The notes: generated from the letters alone by a model not told the origin. 61,328 nt of DNA from Patescibacteria group bacterium (GCA_041737595.1 JBGSRK010000013.1:1-61328), one strand, 5' to 3'; shown: positions 1 to 8,048, counted from the stretch's first letter. Numbers and translations: made by a program.

Positions 1-1797
1 GTAAACAGTTTTTTCTTCTTCATCTGAATTACCACCAATATTTTTCCCATTGTAAGTTGTGGCGGTTATATCCCATTCTTTAGTAGTGGCATAGGTTTCC
101 CAATCAGAAAAATCAGAACCATTATTGCTGAATCTCATTTGTGATATTCCCGAACCTCCTGTGTCCGTAGCAGATAATGTTAAATTAACATTCGGATCGT
201 TAGTATTCTCCCCATCATCAATAGTAACCGTTCCTGTTGGCGGGGCTTGTTCTATCTTAAAACTATTCTGAGTACTACTCCAAGGTGAGACTCGACCAGA
301 ACCATCGGTGTATCTTACTTTCCAATAATATGTATCAGATCCTGGTGGCATACCAGAGACTGTTCCTAGGTTTGCATTGGTTATCGGTGAGCCAGAGTAT
401 GAGATATCAGATGGAGTAAAGGTAATTCCTTCTGGTGTACCAGCTGTACCAGAGAAGCTTCCAGTAGTATTCATCTCTATCTCTGGTGTTAGGGTAGATG
501 GATTAGCGGCAGCTGTAGTAACATCTGCCTTTAGAGTAGTAGTACCGTTATTCCAACCATCTGTATCTATCTCTTCTGAATCTGAATTATATTGAGTAAG
601 GTTAGTTGGGGAGTCTATGTTATCGTAATCTACTGTAATATCAGTGAGGGTTGGGTTACCTACTCCGTCCTCAGAGAAAAGCGTGACCTTCATATCTAGC
701 CATTGAGAGTTAGAGAGGGATGATAAATCTCCGCTCCCTGTTGTAGACCCATCTGCATCTTGAGTAAAGTCGGCACTCCAGGCACTCCAAGCAGAACCAT
801 CATTTGATGTTCTAACGTTGACAATTATCTCGGTGTTAGCAGGGAGTGATGCAGAGCTCCAAGAGACAGTAGACCAATTTGTTTCGGTGTTTTGAGAATT
901 GATGCGGAGAGAGGAGAGGGTACTGGGAAGTAGATAGCCCTGGACACAACGAACATACTGGTCATACAGCTTGCCAGAAGCACCCAATCTGTTATCTGGG
1001 AATTTCCAGTTCATAGCAATGGCTGGGTAATCGTAGTACTCTGTAGCAGACCAATAATAACCCCCGCCAAAATTATTTCCATAAGAAGTCTGTCCGGCAT
1101 ATATTTCTCGAATCTCATCCATATATGGAAGGCGACCACCAATGTTTTTGCAAGCATTACGAGCAGGGTAGGCAGAGAAGTTGAGAGTATTATCAGCGAC
1201 CAGGGCATGGATATCAGGATAGACAGGATCCAGGCCAGTGACACACTGAGGGCCAACACAGGATGTTTCAGAGGTTTGCCATTGGTAAGTGCCAGCAAGG
1301 TTTTGGTAGTAAACTTCCTTACCTTCCAAGACGGTACCAATACGACCAGAAAGCCAGTTGGCGGGTACATAGTTTGGATCAGGCTCAACCAATTCATCTA
1401 TTTGAAGTAATCCAACCCCCGCATCATCGGGCGCTCCAAAACCATTTATCGTTATATTCGACTGACCAGTAGCCCCTGTATAGTTCGACCCCGTAGCACC
1501 ATTGTTTGTAAAGTGATTATAGGTGTTCCAAGTAACACTGTGGTTCCCAGCCTTCACTGGACTATCTTTCCAGAGATTAAATATATTAGGGAAAACTCCT
1601 TGAGCAAAAGTAAATATCATAAAAGAAGCTAAGAATGCTACAAGAGATGCTTTATGGATTTTAGATGAATAAGGTTTATCAGTCCATTTCTTATATCTTC
1701 CACCTTTGGCGTAGGTCTTATCATGAACTAGTCTTATTTGGAGATGGGGTAGATATCTAAGTTCTAGTAACTTTAGTCTTATTGCCTTCACCCACAT
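1..1797 (-). CDS. Large surface/secreted protein, N-terminal 599 codons (rest lies left of the window); paralog of 54042-61328
   Basis: Absent from the ORF track because it runs off the edge. Triplet scan of the minus frame from ATG 1797-1795 shows no stop down to base 1. It has a basic N-terminus plus hydrophobic anchor (KASLVAFLASFMIFTFA). A Cys-framed module follows (CVGPQC...YPARNACKNIGGRLPYMDEI...YYWSAT...YVRCVQG) that recurs twice in the giant ORF at the right edge. Confidence 0.75.
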   Translation of the reverse strand, partial: MWVKAIRLKLLELRYLPHLQIRLVHDKTYAKGGRYKKWTDKPYSSKIHKASLVAFLASFMIFTFAQGVFPNIFNLWKDSPVKAGNHSVTWNTYNHFTNNGATGSNYTGATGQSNITINGFGAPDDAGVGLLQIDELVEPDPNYVPANWLSGRIGTVLEGKEVYYQNLAGTYQWQTSETSCVGPQCVTGLDPVYPDIHALVADNTLNFSAYPARNACKNIGGRLPYMDEIREIYAGQTSYGNNFGGGYYWSATEYYDYPAIAMNWKFPDNRLGASGKLYDQYVRCVQGYLLPSTLSSLRINSQNTETNWSTVSWSSASLPANTEIIVNVRTSNDGSAWSAWSADFTQDADGSTTGSGDLSSLSNSQWLDMKVTLFSEDGVGNPTLTDITVDYDNIDSPTNLTQYNSDSEEIDTDGWNNGTTTLKADVTTAAANPSTLTPEIEMNTTGSFSGTAGTPEGITFTPSDISYSGSPITNANLGTVSGMPPGSDTYYWKVRYTDGSGRVSPWSSTQNSFKIEQAPPTGTVTIDDGENTNDPNVNLTLSATDTGGSGISQMRFSNNGSDFSDWETYATTKEWDITATTYNGKNIGGNSDEEEKTVY

Positions 1798-1806
1798 TGG
1801 CACCCT

Positions 1807-1902
1807 AAAAAGGGACAGTCCCTTTTTACGTCCCTTTTTACCATTCCCAGAAAGGGTTGCACTCTTTTTAGAAAGGTCCGTCCCTCCCGAGGGTCCGTCC
1901 CT
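1807..1902. repeat. Cluster of short GC palindromes/direct repeats (AAAAAGGGACAGTCCCTTTTT; GGTCCGTCCCT x2)
   Basis: The palindrome at 1807-1827 recurs at 18322-18342. GGTCCGTCC units are related to the GGACGGACC...GGTCCGTCC family at 2103, 18246 and 50191. Confidence 0.6.
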
Positions 1903-2097
1903 TTTTACTTTGGAAGAATTAAATCTAAATAAAGCTTTTGTTATTTTACTACCAAAAGAATATAAGTTATTTGTTTGTTTACCCTTCTTTTTCAAGCACT
2001 ATCCCCCAATAATTTCTATGTATATTTTAACTCTTAATATTTATGAATGCAAATATCCTCTTATATATTTAAAATATATAAGACTCTTTTAACCTTT

Positions 2098-2169
2098 GGG
2101 AAGGACGGACCTTCCGGAAGGTCCGTCCTTTGAATTAATAGATTGCCGCGCTAACGCTCGCAAAGACAA
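2098..2169. repeat. 72-nt composite repeat, copy 1 (GGACGGACCTTCCGGAAGGTCCGTCC palindrome + TAGATTGCCGCGCTAACGCTCGCAAAGAC REP unit)
   Basis: Near-identical (3 mismatches by eye) to 18241-18312. Confidence 0.85.
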
Positions 2170-2220
2170 TATATATATAATATTAATTTTTCGTTTTGCT
2201 CAGAATGACAAAAACACAAA

Positions 2221-2250
2221 ATAAAAACCACCCAAAAATGGGTGGTTTTT
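2221..2250 (-). terminator. Intrinsic terminator after rplL (symmetric, could act in both directions)
   Basis: CCACCC-aaaaa-TGGGTGG hairpin flanked by an A5 run and a T5 run, 18 nt downstream of the rplL stop. Confidence 0.8.
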
Positions 2251-2267
2251 AAATAGTTAGAACTTAA

Positions 2268-2792
2268 TTATTGTAGTTCAACTGTTGTGCCAGCGGCTTC
2301 TAATTTTTCTTTCATTACTTTTGCATCTTCAGCAGAAACACCTTCTTTGATTGTCTTTGGTGCACTTTCTACTAAAGTTTTGGCTTCAACAAGACCTAGT
2401 TCTGGAAGAATCTCTCTTACTGCTTTGATGGCACCAATTTTGTTTGATCCACCATCTTTAAGAACTACTGTGTATGAAGATTTTTCATCCTCTTCTTCAG
2501 CACCAGCTGCAGGTGCTGCACCACCGGCCATCATAGCCATAGGGGCTGCTGCAGAAACACCAAATCTGTCTTCAAGCTCTTTTACAAGTTCAGAAAGTTC
2601 TAAAGCTGTAAGCCCTTCGATTTCTTTGATTAAATCTTTAAACTTACCACTTGGGGCAGGTTTTTCTTCAGTTTTTTCAACTTTAGTTTCTTCTACTGGT
2701 TTAGCTTCTTCTTTTTTTTCTACAACTTCTACTACTTCTTCTTTAACTTCTTCAGTAGTTTCAGTAACTTCTTGTGTTTTGTCATCAGTCAT
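2268..2792 (-). CDS. rplL: 50S ribosomal protein L7/L12 with an acidic/lysine-rich N-terminal extension of about 50 aa
   Basis: C-terminal ...[22 protein letters not shown]...[21 protein letters not shown]...[15 protein letters not shown] is classic L7/L12. Start moved to ATG 2792 (AAGGAG 8 nt upstream), because the track start at 2816 lies inside a REP unit. Confidence 0.9.
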   Translation of the reverse strand: MTDDKTQEVTETTEEVKEEVVEVVEKKEEAKPVEETKVEKTEEKPAPSGKFKDLIKEIEGLTALELSELVKELEDRFGVSAAAPMAMMAGGAAPAAGAEEEDEKSSYTVVLKDGGSNKIGAIKAVREILPELGLVEAKTLVESAPKTIKEGVSAEDAKVMKEKLEAAGTTVELQ

Positions 2793-2811
2793 TTTAATCT
2801 CCTTTTTATAT

Positions 2812-2963
2812 GTCATCCTCGCGAAGACGGGGATCTAGATTCCGGATCAAGTCCGGAATGACATTTATTTAATTTTTTATTATTTATTACCTAGTAATCC
2901 TTGTCATCCTGAGTGTAACGAAGGATCTTGATTCACTTGATTCTTCGCTCCGCTCAGAATGAC
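2812..2963. repeat. Four GTCAT...GAATC-type REP units in two head-to-head pairs between rplJ and rplL
   Basis: GTCATCCTCGCGAAGACGGGGATCTAGATTCCGGATCAAGTCCGGAATGAC (2812-2862) and GTCATCCTGAGTGTAACGAAGGATC...GATTCTTCGCTCCGCTCAGAATGAC (2903-2963). Each unit is an internal hairpin. Confidence 0.8.
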
Positions 2964-2974
2964 ATAAACATTAA

Positions 2975-3493
2975 TTACTTTTTTGTATCAGCATATTGTG
3001 AAAGAACACTTACAAGCCCACGTAAATTTCCTGAAAGAACATTTACCATACCTCGAAGAGGTGATGCGAGTGAACCAACAATTTTTGCATACATTTCTTC
3101 TCGGCTAGGCATCATCGCAAGTGTCTTAAGCTCATCCATAGAAATACTATTTCCAGAAAGAGCACCACCAAGCATTTCGAATTTATCATTCTTTTTTGTG
3201 TATTCATAAATTGCCTTGGCCGGTTCGACCTCATCCATACCAAATGCAATTGCAACAGGGTGATCTTTAATAATACTCATATCAATATTTGCGCCCGCAT
3301 TACGAGCGGCAATATCAAAAAGAGTTCTTTTCATAACTTTAAGTTCGACTCCCTTAGAACGTAAGGTACTTCGAAGCTCAGTCATCTCTTCTACTGTAAG
3401 TCCACGATAATCAGTAAAAACGATTGCCTTAGATTCTTTAATCTTTTGGGTAACGCGCTCTACTAATTCTTCTTTTTGTTTTCTTGTGATCAT
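2975..3493 (-). CDS. rplJ: 50S ribosomal protein L10
   Basis: 172 aa, immediately upstream of rplL. Motifs: ...AIVFTDYRGLTVEEMTELRSTLR...GVELKVMKRTL. Confidence 0.9.
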   Translation of the reverse strand: MITRKQKEELVERVTQKIKESKAIVFTDYRGLTVEEMTELRSTLRSKGVELKVMKRTLFDIAARNAGANIDMSIIKDHPVAIAFGMDEVEPAKAIYEYTKKNDKFEMLGGALSGNSISMDELKTLAMMPSREEMYAKIVGSLASPLRGMVNVLSGNLRGLVSVLSQYADTKK

Positions 3494-3641
3494 ATACTTC
3501 CTTTATTTATAAAAAAAACTTTGGAAACATCCAAAGTGAAGATTTTGCTCCTCGGTAGCGAATTAAGGCGAATGCCTGCTACTTTCTTTGGATATTTAAC
3601 TGTAAAGATTTTAACAAATTTAATAATAATTGTCAATTATT

Positions 3642-3669
3642 TAGATTCTTCGACTTCGCTCAGAATGAC
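3642..3669. repeat. REP unit (reverse orientation: GTCATTCTGAGCGAAGTCGAAGAATCTA)
   Basis: Same family as 2812-2963. Confidence 0.75.
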
Positions 3670-3686
3670 AAAAAGCACAAATTACT

Positions 3687-4366
3687 TGTAAAAGACGAAG
3701 GGCTCCTCGTCTTTTCTCCTGAAGGAGTCAGACGAGAAGCCCAAAAGTAAGCAGCGGGTCTATGCCACCCTGCGACGTTTGGACCGTACTTGGTAACGTG
3801 GTTTAAGCGCCACGTAGCGCGGAAAGGTGCATGGACTCAGAGCACGCAGGAGGTCATTCCCCGGGGTGTATTCCGGCTGCCCGACCATTCGGGCTGACAA
3901 AGAGGTTTCCTTCTCTCCTTAGCAGAGCAGGCAGCTGCTTAAACGTGATAAGTCCTGTTTGTTCTCCCAGGGAGGACCAAGGAGAGCAAAACACGGTGGT
4001 GTGGTGGAGTTTGTGACTCCACGAGCATTACGCACGTTGAGGGCTCGAATATTCCGTTGCCCTAAACATTTAGAAACTGCGTTAGCTCCGCCCTCGCGCA
4101 CACCACCAAAACTGTCACAGATTGCTCTGTGTTTTTCTGTGGAGTCCAGAGAGAGGAAGTCGAACCTCTCAACTTTCCCTTAACAAGGGACTGTCTTACC
4201 TTAGAATATCTGGACGTTTGGTGCGGACCCTAACTCGCTCTCGCGGTTAATAGGACTTGATGCGACTCTTGTCTCACTACCTCGGCCTGGCGCATCCAGA
4301 AGGACTTTCCAGTCATACGAGGTAGGGTCCGCGTGTCAAAGTGTTGCAAGTAATTCTTTGCGACGA
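3687..4366 (-). ncRNA. Large GC-rich structured RNA of about 680 nt, class unassigned (carries an embedded tRNA-like module)
   Basis: No credible ORF. The minus-strand promoter is at 4400-4372 and a stem-loop plus U-run terminator at 3715-3687. Many nested helices are readable by eye, e.g. GCGGACCCTA/TAGGGTCCGC (4332-4323 with 4232-4223), GGTGGTGTG/CACACCACC (4107-4099 with 4003-3995) and CTCTCCTT/AAGGAGAG. Confidence 0.6.
4140..4215 (-). tRNA. tRNA-like element, exactly 76 nt with encoded CCA; possible GUU (Asn) anticodon; non-canonical D and T arms
   Basis: Minus strand reads GTCCAGA-TA-TTCT..AAGGTA..AGAC-A-GTCCC-TTGTTAA-GGGAA-AGTT-GAGAGG-TTCGACTT-CCTCTC-TCTGGAC-T-CCA. The 7-bp acceptor is perfect and a GGTTCGA T-loop motif is present. 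U33 and A37 flank GUU. However, the T-loop is 8 nt with a 6-bp stem, and the D stem is weak. Confidence 0.35.
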
Positions 4367-4371
4367 AAGAC

Positions 4372-4400
4372 ATAATATCAAAATTATTTATTAAAGTCAA
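4372..4400 (-). promoter_or_regulatory. Sigma70-type promoter of the 3687-4366 RNA
   Basis: On the minus strand, TTGACT (4400-4395), 17-nt spacer ending TGA, then TATTAT (4377-4372). Confidence 0.55.
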
Positions 4401-4470
4401 TTGATTAAAATTATTTATATATTTATTTATTAATGCTATAGGTGTTTAGATTCAAATATCTAAAACAGAG

Positions 4471-4498
4471 CACTACACTACTACGTAGTAGTGTAGTG
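4471..4498. repeat. Perfect 28-bp palindrome CACTACACTACTACGTAGTAGTGTAGTG
   Basis: Checked base by base. It sits in the AT-rich spacer between the thyX-like terminator and the ncRNA promoter. Confidence 0.9.
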
Positions 4499-4533
4499 TT
4501 TAAAATTATATATATTTGATTATATTAAAAGTG

Positions 4534-4563
4534 AAAACCCCACCATCCTTTCGGACAATGGGG
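4534..4563 (-). terminator. Intrinsic terminator of the thyX-like/tmk unit
   Basis: Minus-strand RNA CCCCAUUGUCC-GAAA-GGAUGGUGGGG followed by UUUU. Three positions are G.U wobbles only in the minus sense. The loop is a GNRA tetraloop. Confidence 0.75.
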
Positions 4564-4593
4564 CGTATCACCTCCAATCATATTGTTGTCGCG

Positions 4594-5958
4594 TTACACG
4601 CGACGACGAGGGAAGTAGTTTTCCCCTCGATCTTGTGTTGTCATGTCTCTTCCGCAAGGATCTCCTTCGCCACAAACCTTGCAACCGTAGCAAGGAGGAA
4701 CCATTGCTCTCGGCAACATGTGTCCAGGATACAGCAGCTCGATCTGTGGTGCGATCTGGATGTCCTTGTTGAAGTGCTCTTGCTGAGCCTTCATACATGA
4801 ACGCTTCGAAAGATCGTGGATCGCTGAGGCGAAGTCTGAGCTCTTGACGTAGGTGACCATCGCACCATAAGGCGCGAGGTTTACGTGCAGTGAGGGGTCA
4901 AGAGAATCACGAAGGCCCATCCAATTTCTCTGGACCTGCACAATCCCTTTCTCCATCCCGATTGCCTGAGCAATCGGTGGCACATAGATTTCACCTGTGA
5001 ACTTCGCCTCACTCCTCTTGACGCTTCGATGGCGTTGATCTTGTCCCATCGTCATCACCGACATTGTCTCACACGTTCGGAGGTTCAATGTTCGGAGATC
5101 GAGGTATTCGGGCTTCACGGGTAGGAAGTCGATCGGATGGATATCCTCCCTTGGAGGGGGATCGCCGTAATACGGATCGACATCGAGTACCACAGATATT
5201 GGATCATGAACAGGTTTGCACGAAGTCCCGATGAACTCCGGTTCCTTGTTCAGTTCACCGATATCTCCAAACATGTACCCGATCTTGGGGTCCTCAGCCA
5301 GAACAAGTTCCACCATCTTCTGAAGGACCAGACGCATGCCTGGCTTCCAAGCCGCTCTGTACTGAGTGACCAGAGTGACGAGATCGACGGTGTAATAGAA
5401 CGCAGTTGGGAAGATCACCGGGATCGCAACCCGAAGCTGCTCTTGGGCTAGCTTCTTGGCATTATTCTCGATGAACTTCTCGGACGCTCGAGGTCGCTCT
5501 TCACGAATGAGTTGAGCCGCTTCTTGCGTTGCGATGGGCATGTTCTCGTGGAAGAGCACCATGCCTTCTTCAACGAAATCAAGAACCATCTTGCGATCGG
5601 CCGCAGATGACTCCGGATAGACGGTATCAAGAAGATCACTGATCCGGCTTATCCCACTCGCATTGAACATGTCAGAGGTGTACCTACCACTTCGCTGATC
5701 TGTGTTGTACCAGGGCGTAGTGTAGTGGAACCCGAAAGTAACATCTCCGACAGAACATCCCTCAACACTGAACGTGTAGTTCCCATGCTCAAGTGTCGTG
5801 TGGTGTCCAGAGCCAAAGAGTTGACCGCGCACAGTAGGACGTTTCTTCATCCCACGACCCGGCAACTCCGCTTCGTAGCAAGTACGAGCTGCATGTTGAG
5901 CCATGGATTCGGCTGTAAGACGTGGCGAGTTGATCAAAGTTACCCTCATAGCTTTCAC
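4594..5958 (-). CDS. ThyX-family (flavin-dependent thymidylate synthase-like) protein; atypical 454-aa tandem-domain form with a Cys-rich tail
   Basis: N-half: SGHHTTLEH ... NTDQRSGRY ... RVAIPVIFPTAFYYTV. C-half: GQDQRHRSVKRSE ... RSCMKAQQEH. These resemble the ThyX motifs (GHxSxxEH, RHRxxS...S.RY, R....AQxE) split over two repeats. The C-terminus is CYGCKVCGEGDPC. GC-rich. The ORF overlaps the tmk stop by 4 nt. Confidence 0.6.
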   Translation of the reverse strand: MKAMRVTLINSPRLTAESMAQHAARTCYEAELPGRGMKKRPTVRGQLFGSGHHTTLEHGNYTFSVEGCSVGDVTFGFHYTTPWYNTDQRSGRYTSDMFNASGISRISDLLDTVYPESSAADRKMVLDFVEEGMVLFHENMPIATQEAAQLIREERPRASEKFIENNAKKLAQEQLRVAIPVIFPTAFYYTVDLVTLVTQYRAAWKPGMRLVLQKMVELVLAEDPKIGYMFGDIGELNKEPEFIGTSCKPVHDPISVVLDVDPYYGDPPPREDIHPIDFLPVKPEYLDLRTLNLRTCETMSVMTMGQDQRHRSVKRSEAKFTGEIYVPPIAQAIGMEKGIVQVQRNWMGLRDSLDPSLHVNLAPYGAMVTYVKSSDFASAIHDLSKRSCMKAQQEHFNKDIQIAPQIELLYPGHMLPRAMVPPCYGCKVCGEGDPCGRDMTTQDRGENYFPRRRV

Positions 5959-6581
5959 CTCCCTTCGAGGCGACGTGAGAAGTCATCCCAGATGAACTTC
6001 CCAATTGTGACTTCATCAGGCAAAGCATCAACGACAACGATCCGACCAGGATTCTCCTTCGCGATTGTATCGAAGCCGTTGGAAACACGATGATGGAACG
6101 CCATTTCCTCAAGATCGAAGGTCGTGTTCTCATCTTCGCGTCCGATTGCTCTCGGAACGCCGATCTCGGGGTCGATCTTGTTGTAGTAGGTGACGTCCGG
6201 AACCAAGCCCTGAATCGCGGCATTGTTGTACTGCTTCACATAGTAGATCGGTTGACCTCGACCATACCCCTGGTATGCAAGGGTTGAGTCGATATATCGA
6301 TCACACACTACATGAATCCCGGCTTCGAGCCACTTGTAGATCTGGTTGACGTGTAGTACTCGATCTGCTTCAAACAGGAATATCTCGGCCATAGAGCTGA
6401 GCTTCCTGGTCGGGTGCAGAAGTGCTTCCCTAATCGGGAGCGTCTCAGGAATCCCTCCAGGTTCCTTTGTCCAAACGTTTCGGATGTTCAGATTGTCGAG
6501 TTGGGCTTTGAGCCTCATCGACTGAGTGGTCTTACCTGATCCTTCGCCACCTTCAAAGGTGACAAATAGTCCTCTTTCCAT
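5955..6581 (-). CDS. tmk: Thymidylate kinase
   Basis: FVTFEGGEGSGKTTQ P-loop and DRYIDSTLAYQGYGRG. Start moved to ATG 6581 (GGAAGGAGGGG SD). GC-rich. Confidence 0.9.
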   Translation of the reverse strand: MERGLFVTFEGGEGSGKTTQSMRLKAQLDNLNIRNVWTKEPGGIPETLPIREALLHPTRKLSSMAEIFLFEADRVLHVNQIYKWLEAGIHVVCDRYIDSTLAYQGYGRGQPIYYVKQYNNAAIQGLVPDVTYYNKIDPEIGVPRAIGREDENTTFDLEEMAFHHRVSNGFDTIAKENPGRIVVVDALPDEVTIGKFIWDDFSRRLEGR

Positions 6582-6737
6582 TTCCCCTCCTTCCAATATG
6601 ATTTTCGGTGGTCAAAGTGCACAAAAACGACAGAAGATAACCTAAATCTTTCAGATTTGGTGCCCTCCTGTCGTTGTAATTGTCAATTACCAAGTTATAT
6701 TTATTTATAGTTATTGTAAATAGTTTTTTAATGAAGA

Positions 6738-6759
6738 GTGCCGCCCCGAAGGGCGGCAC
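6738..6759 (-). terminator. Stem-loop after the dcd-like gene
   Basis: GTGCCGCC-ccgaag-GGCGGCAC, 22 nt downstream of the stop, followed by only a weak U-run. Confidence 0.55.
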
Positions 6760-6780
6760 ATCAACGTCATACTTGGGAGG

Positions 6781-7920
6781 CTACTTGCAGATCTCGGGCA
6801 TTGCAAAATGCTTCGAGAGTCTGGGCCCAGCCTGATTGAGGTAGTTGTTTCCCGACTGACCGTAAAGCTTTGTGGGCCTTTCGATCATCGAATACAACTC
6901 CATTGCACAGACCGGATCGCCGTGACTTAGGATGATGTCCTCGTGAGGGATCACCTCAAGCACCGCCGGTCCTCCAGAAAGCCCATTGGTGTAACCCCAA
7001 CCTGGATCAAAGAATCCCGCAAAGTGTGAGCGGTATTCTCCAATCCCAACGTTGTAGGCGACCATTTCCGAACAGTAGCCCGGCGGTACAGAGAATGCCT
7101 CACGTGTCGAAAGGATATAGAAACCATCCTTGGAAAGAACGATGTCTTTTCCTTTCGACGCATAGATCGGTTCGAAGAACCCCAGGGGGTCAATTCCACG
7201 CTTGCGAAAATCGACTGCGTTGGTTGCAGCACCGCGGAAGCGAAATGCAGCAACCTCGCCGCAAAGATTCGCCGAAAGGACAATTGAAGTCTTGATTCTC
7301 TTCATATCATCCCATGGAATCTTGTTCCCCTCGAGATCAAACAGCAGACCAGTATCTTCGTGGGTAGTTTGGAGTTCGAGGAGAGAAACCTCGCACTCTT
7401 CCATCCGACCCTGATAGAAACGGATCTGGTTCAGAGTATCCCCGACCCTAACACGAACTGGGAAACTCTTCGCTACGACGACTACGTACATCGGGCCCTT
7501 GTAACCCATCTGTACATTGTCGAACTCATGAGCGCCATTAGTGAGCAATCGAACCTGAAGATTCAGACGGCCCGAAGAACTCTTGTTGTTGGCCCTGGCG
7601 CACATATAGTCGGGAAGGGAGATGTTCTCTGCAAGAGGTAGAAGATATGGAATACCCGTTTCAAGCAGAAAACCACTCTGAGAGATTGGGATGCGGAAGA
7701 ATCCCGCATCTTGTGATCTCTTTGTCGCATCTGCCAAAATATCTCGACCTCCAGGCGACATAATCGCCGGAAGACGGATTGCCTCTCCCTCACCTATCGA
7801 AAGATCGAGTGAAGCTGGTTGAATGTTCTTTCCGGGGATCTTCACACTTGACTTGATCATCCCAGAGCCGATCATGCTCCTTATGAGCTTGTCGGGGACA
7901 ACACCAGATGCCTTGGACAT
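6781..7920 (-). CDS. dcd: Long-form 2'-deoxycytidine 5'-triphosphate deaminase-like protein (about 370-aa DCD family)
   Basis: GVVPDKLIRSMI..G.I......NIQPASLDLSIG...ETGIPYLLPL.E...LP......ANNKSSSGRLNL..R......EFD.V..GY.GP.Y......SFPV.VR.GD.LNQIRF matches my recollection of the long DCD family. GC-rich; AAGGAGG SD. Confidence 0.8.
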   Translation of the reverse strand: MSKASGVVPDKLIRSMIGSGMIKSSVKIPGKNIQPASLDLSIGEGEAIRLPAIMSPGGRDILADATKRSQDAGFFRIPISQSGFLLETGIPYLLPLAENISLPDYMCARANNKSSSGRLNLQVRLLTNGAHEFDNVQMGYKGPMYVVVVAKSFPVRVRVGDTLNQIRFYQGRMEECEVSLLELQTTHEDTGLLFDLEGNKIPWDDMKRIKTSIVLSANLCGEVAAFRFRGAATNAVDFRKRGIDPLGFFEPIYASKGKDIVLSKDGFYILSTREAFSVPPGYCSEMVAYNVGIGEYRSHFAGFFDPGWGYTNGLSGGPAVLEVIPHEDIILSHGDPVCAMELYSMIERPTKLYGQSGNNYLNQAGPRLSKHFAMPEICK

Positions 7921-8017
7921 AAGTCCTCCTTAATGACGTTGTGGAAGGTTCGCAAGAAGGGCGCCGAACGCAAAAACCCCTTTGCGCAAGCGCCCTCCTC
8001 CTGTTTTTCAGACTTAC

Positions 8018-8046
8018 TTTATAACAAATTTTTCAATATATTTAAA
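8018..8046 (-). promoter_or_regulatory. Candidate promoter for the dcd-like gene
   Basis: Minus strand TTTAAA (8046-8041), 17-nt spacer, TATAAA (8023-8018) with TGT upstream. It begins 3 nt after the dut stop. A GC-rich hairpin lies in the 5' UTR at 7953-7995. Confidence 0.4.
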
Positions 8047-8048
8047 GT

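Noticed and set aside
4140-4215. tmRNA (ssrA) tRNA-like domain
   Set aside because: Both acceptor strands are only 60 nt apart in an ordinary cloverleaf layout. There is no G3:U70 alanine identity pair, the discriminator is U rather than A, and no tag reading frame is evident.
3687-4366. RNase P RNA (rnpB)
   Set aside because: GGAAAGUCC (4310-4302), ACAGGACUUAUC (3958-3947), ACUCCAC and AGAGCAA resemble conserved rnpB strings. Several features do not fit. The would-be P4 pairs perfectly without the universal bulged U. No P3 hairpin precedes it. A 10-bp helix (4332-4323 with 4232-4223) crosses it. About 270 nt follow the CR-V-like string. A covariance search is needed before any such call.
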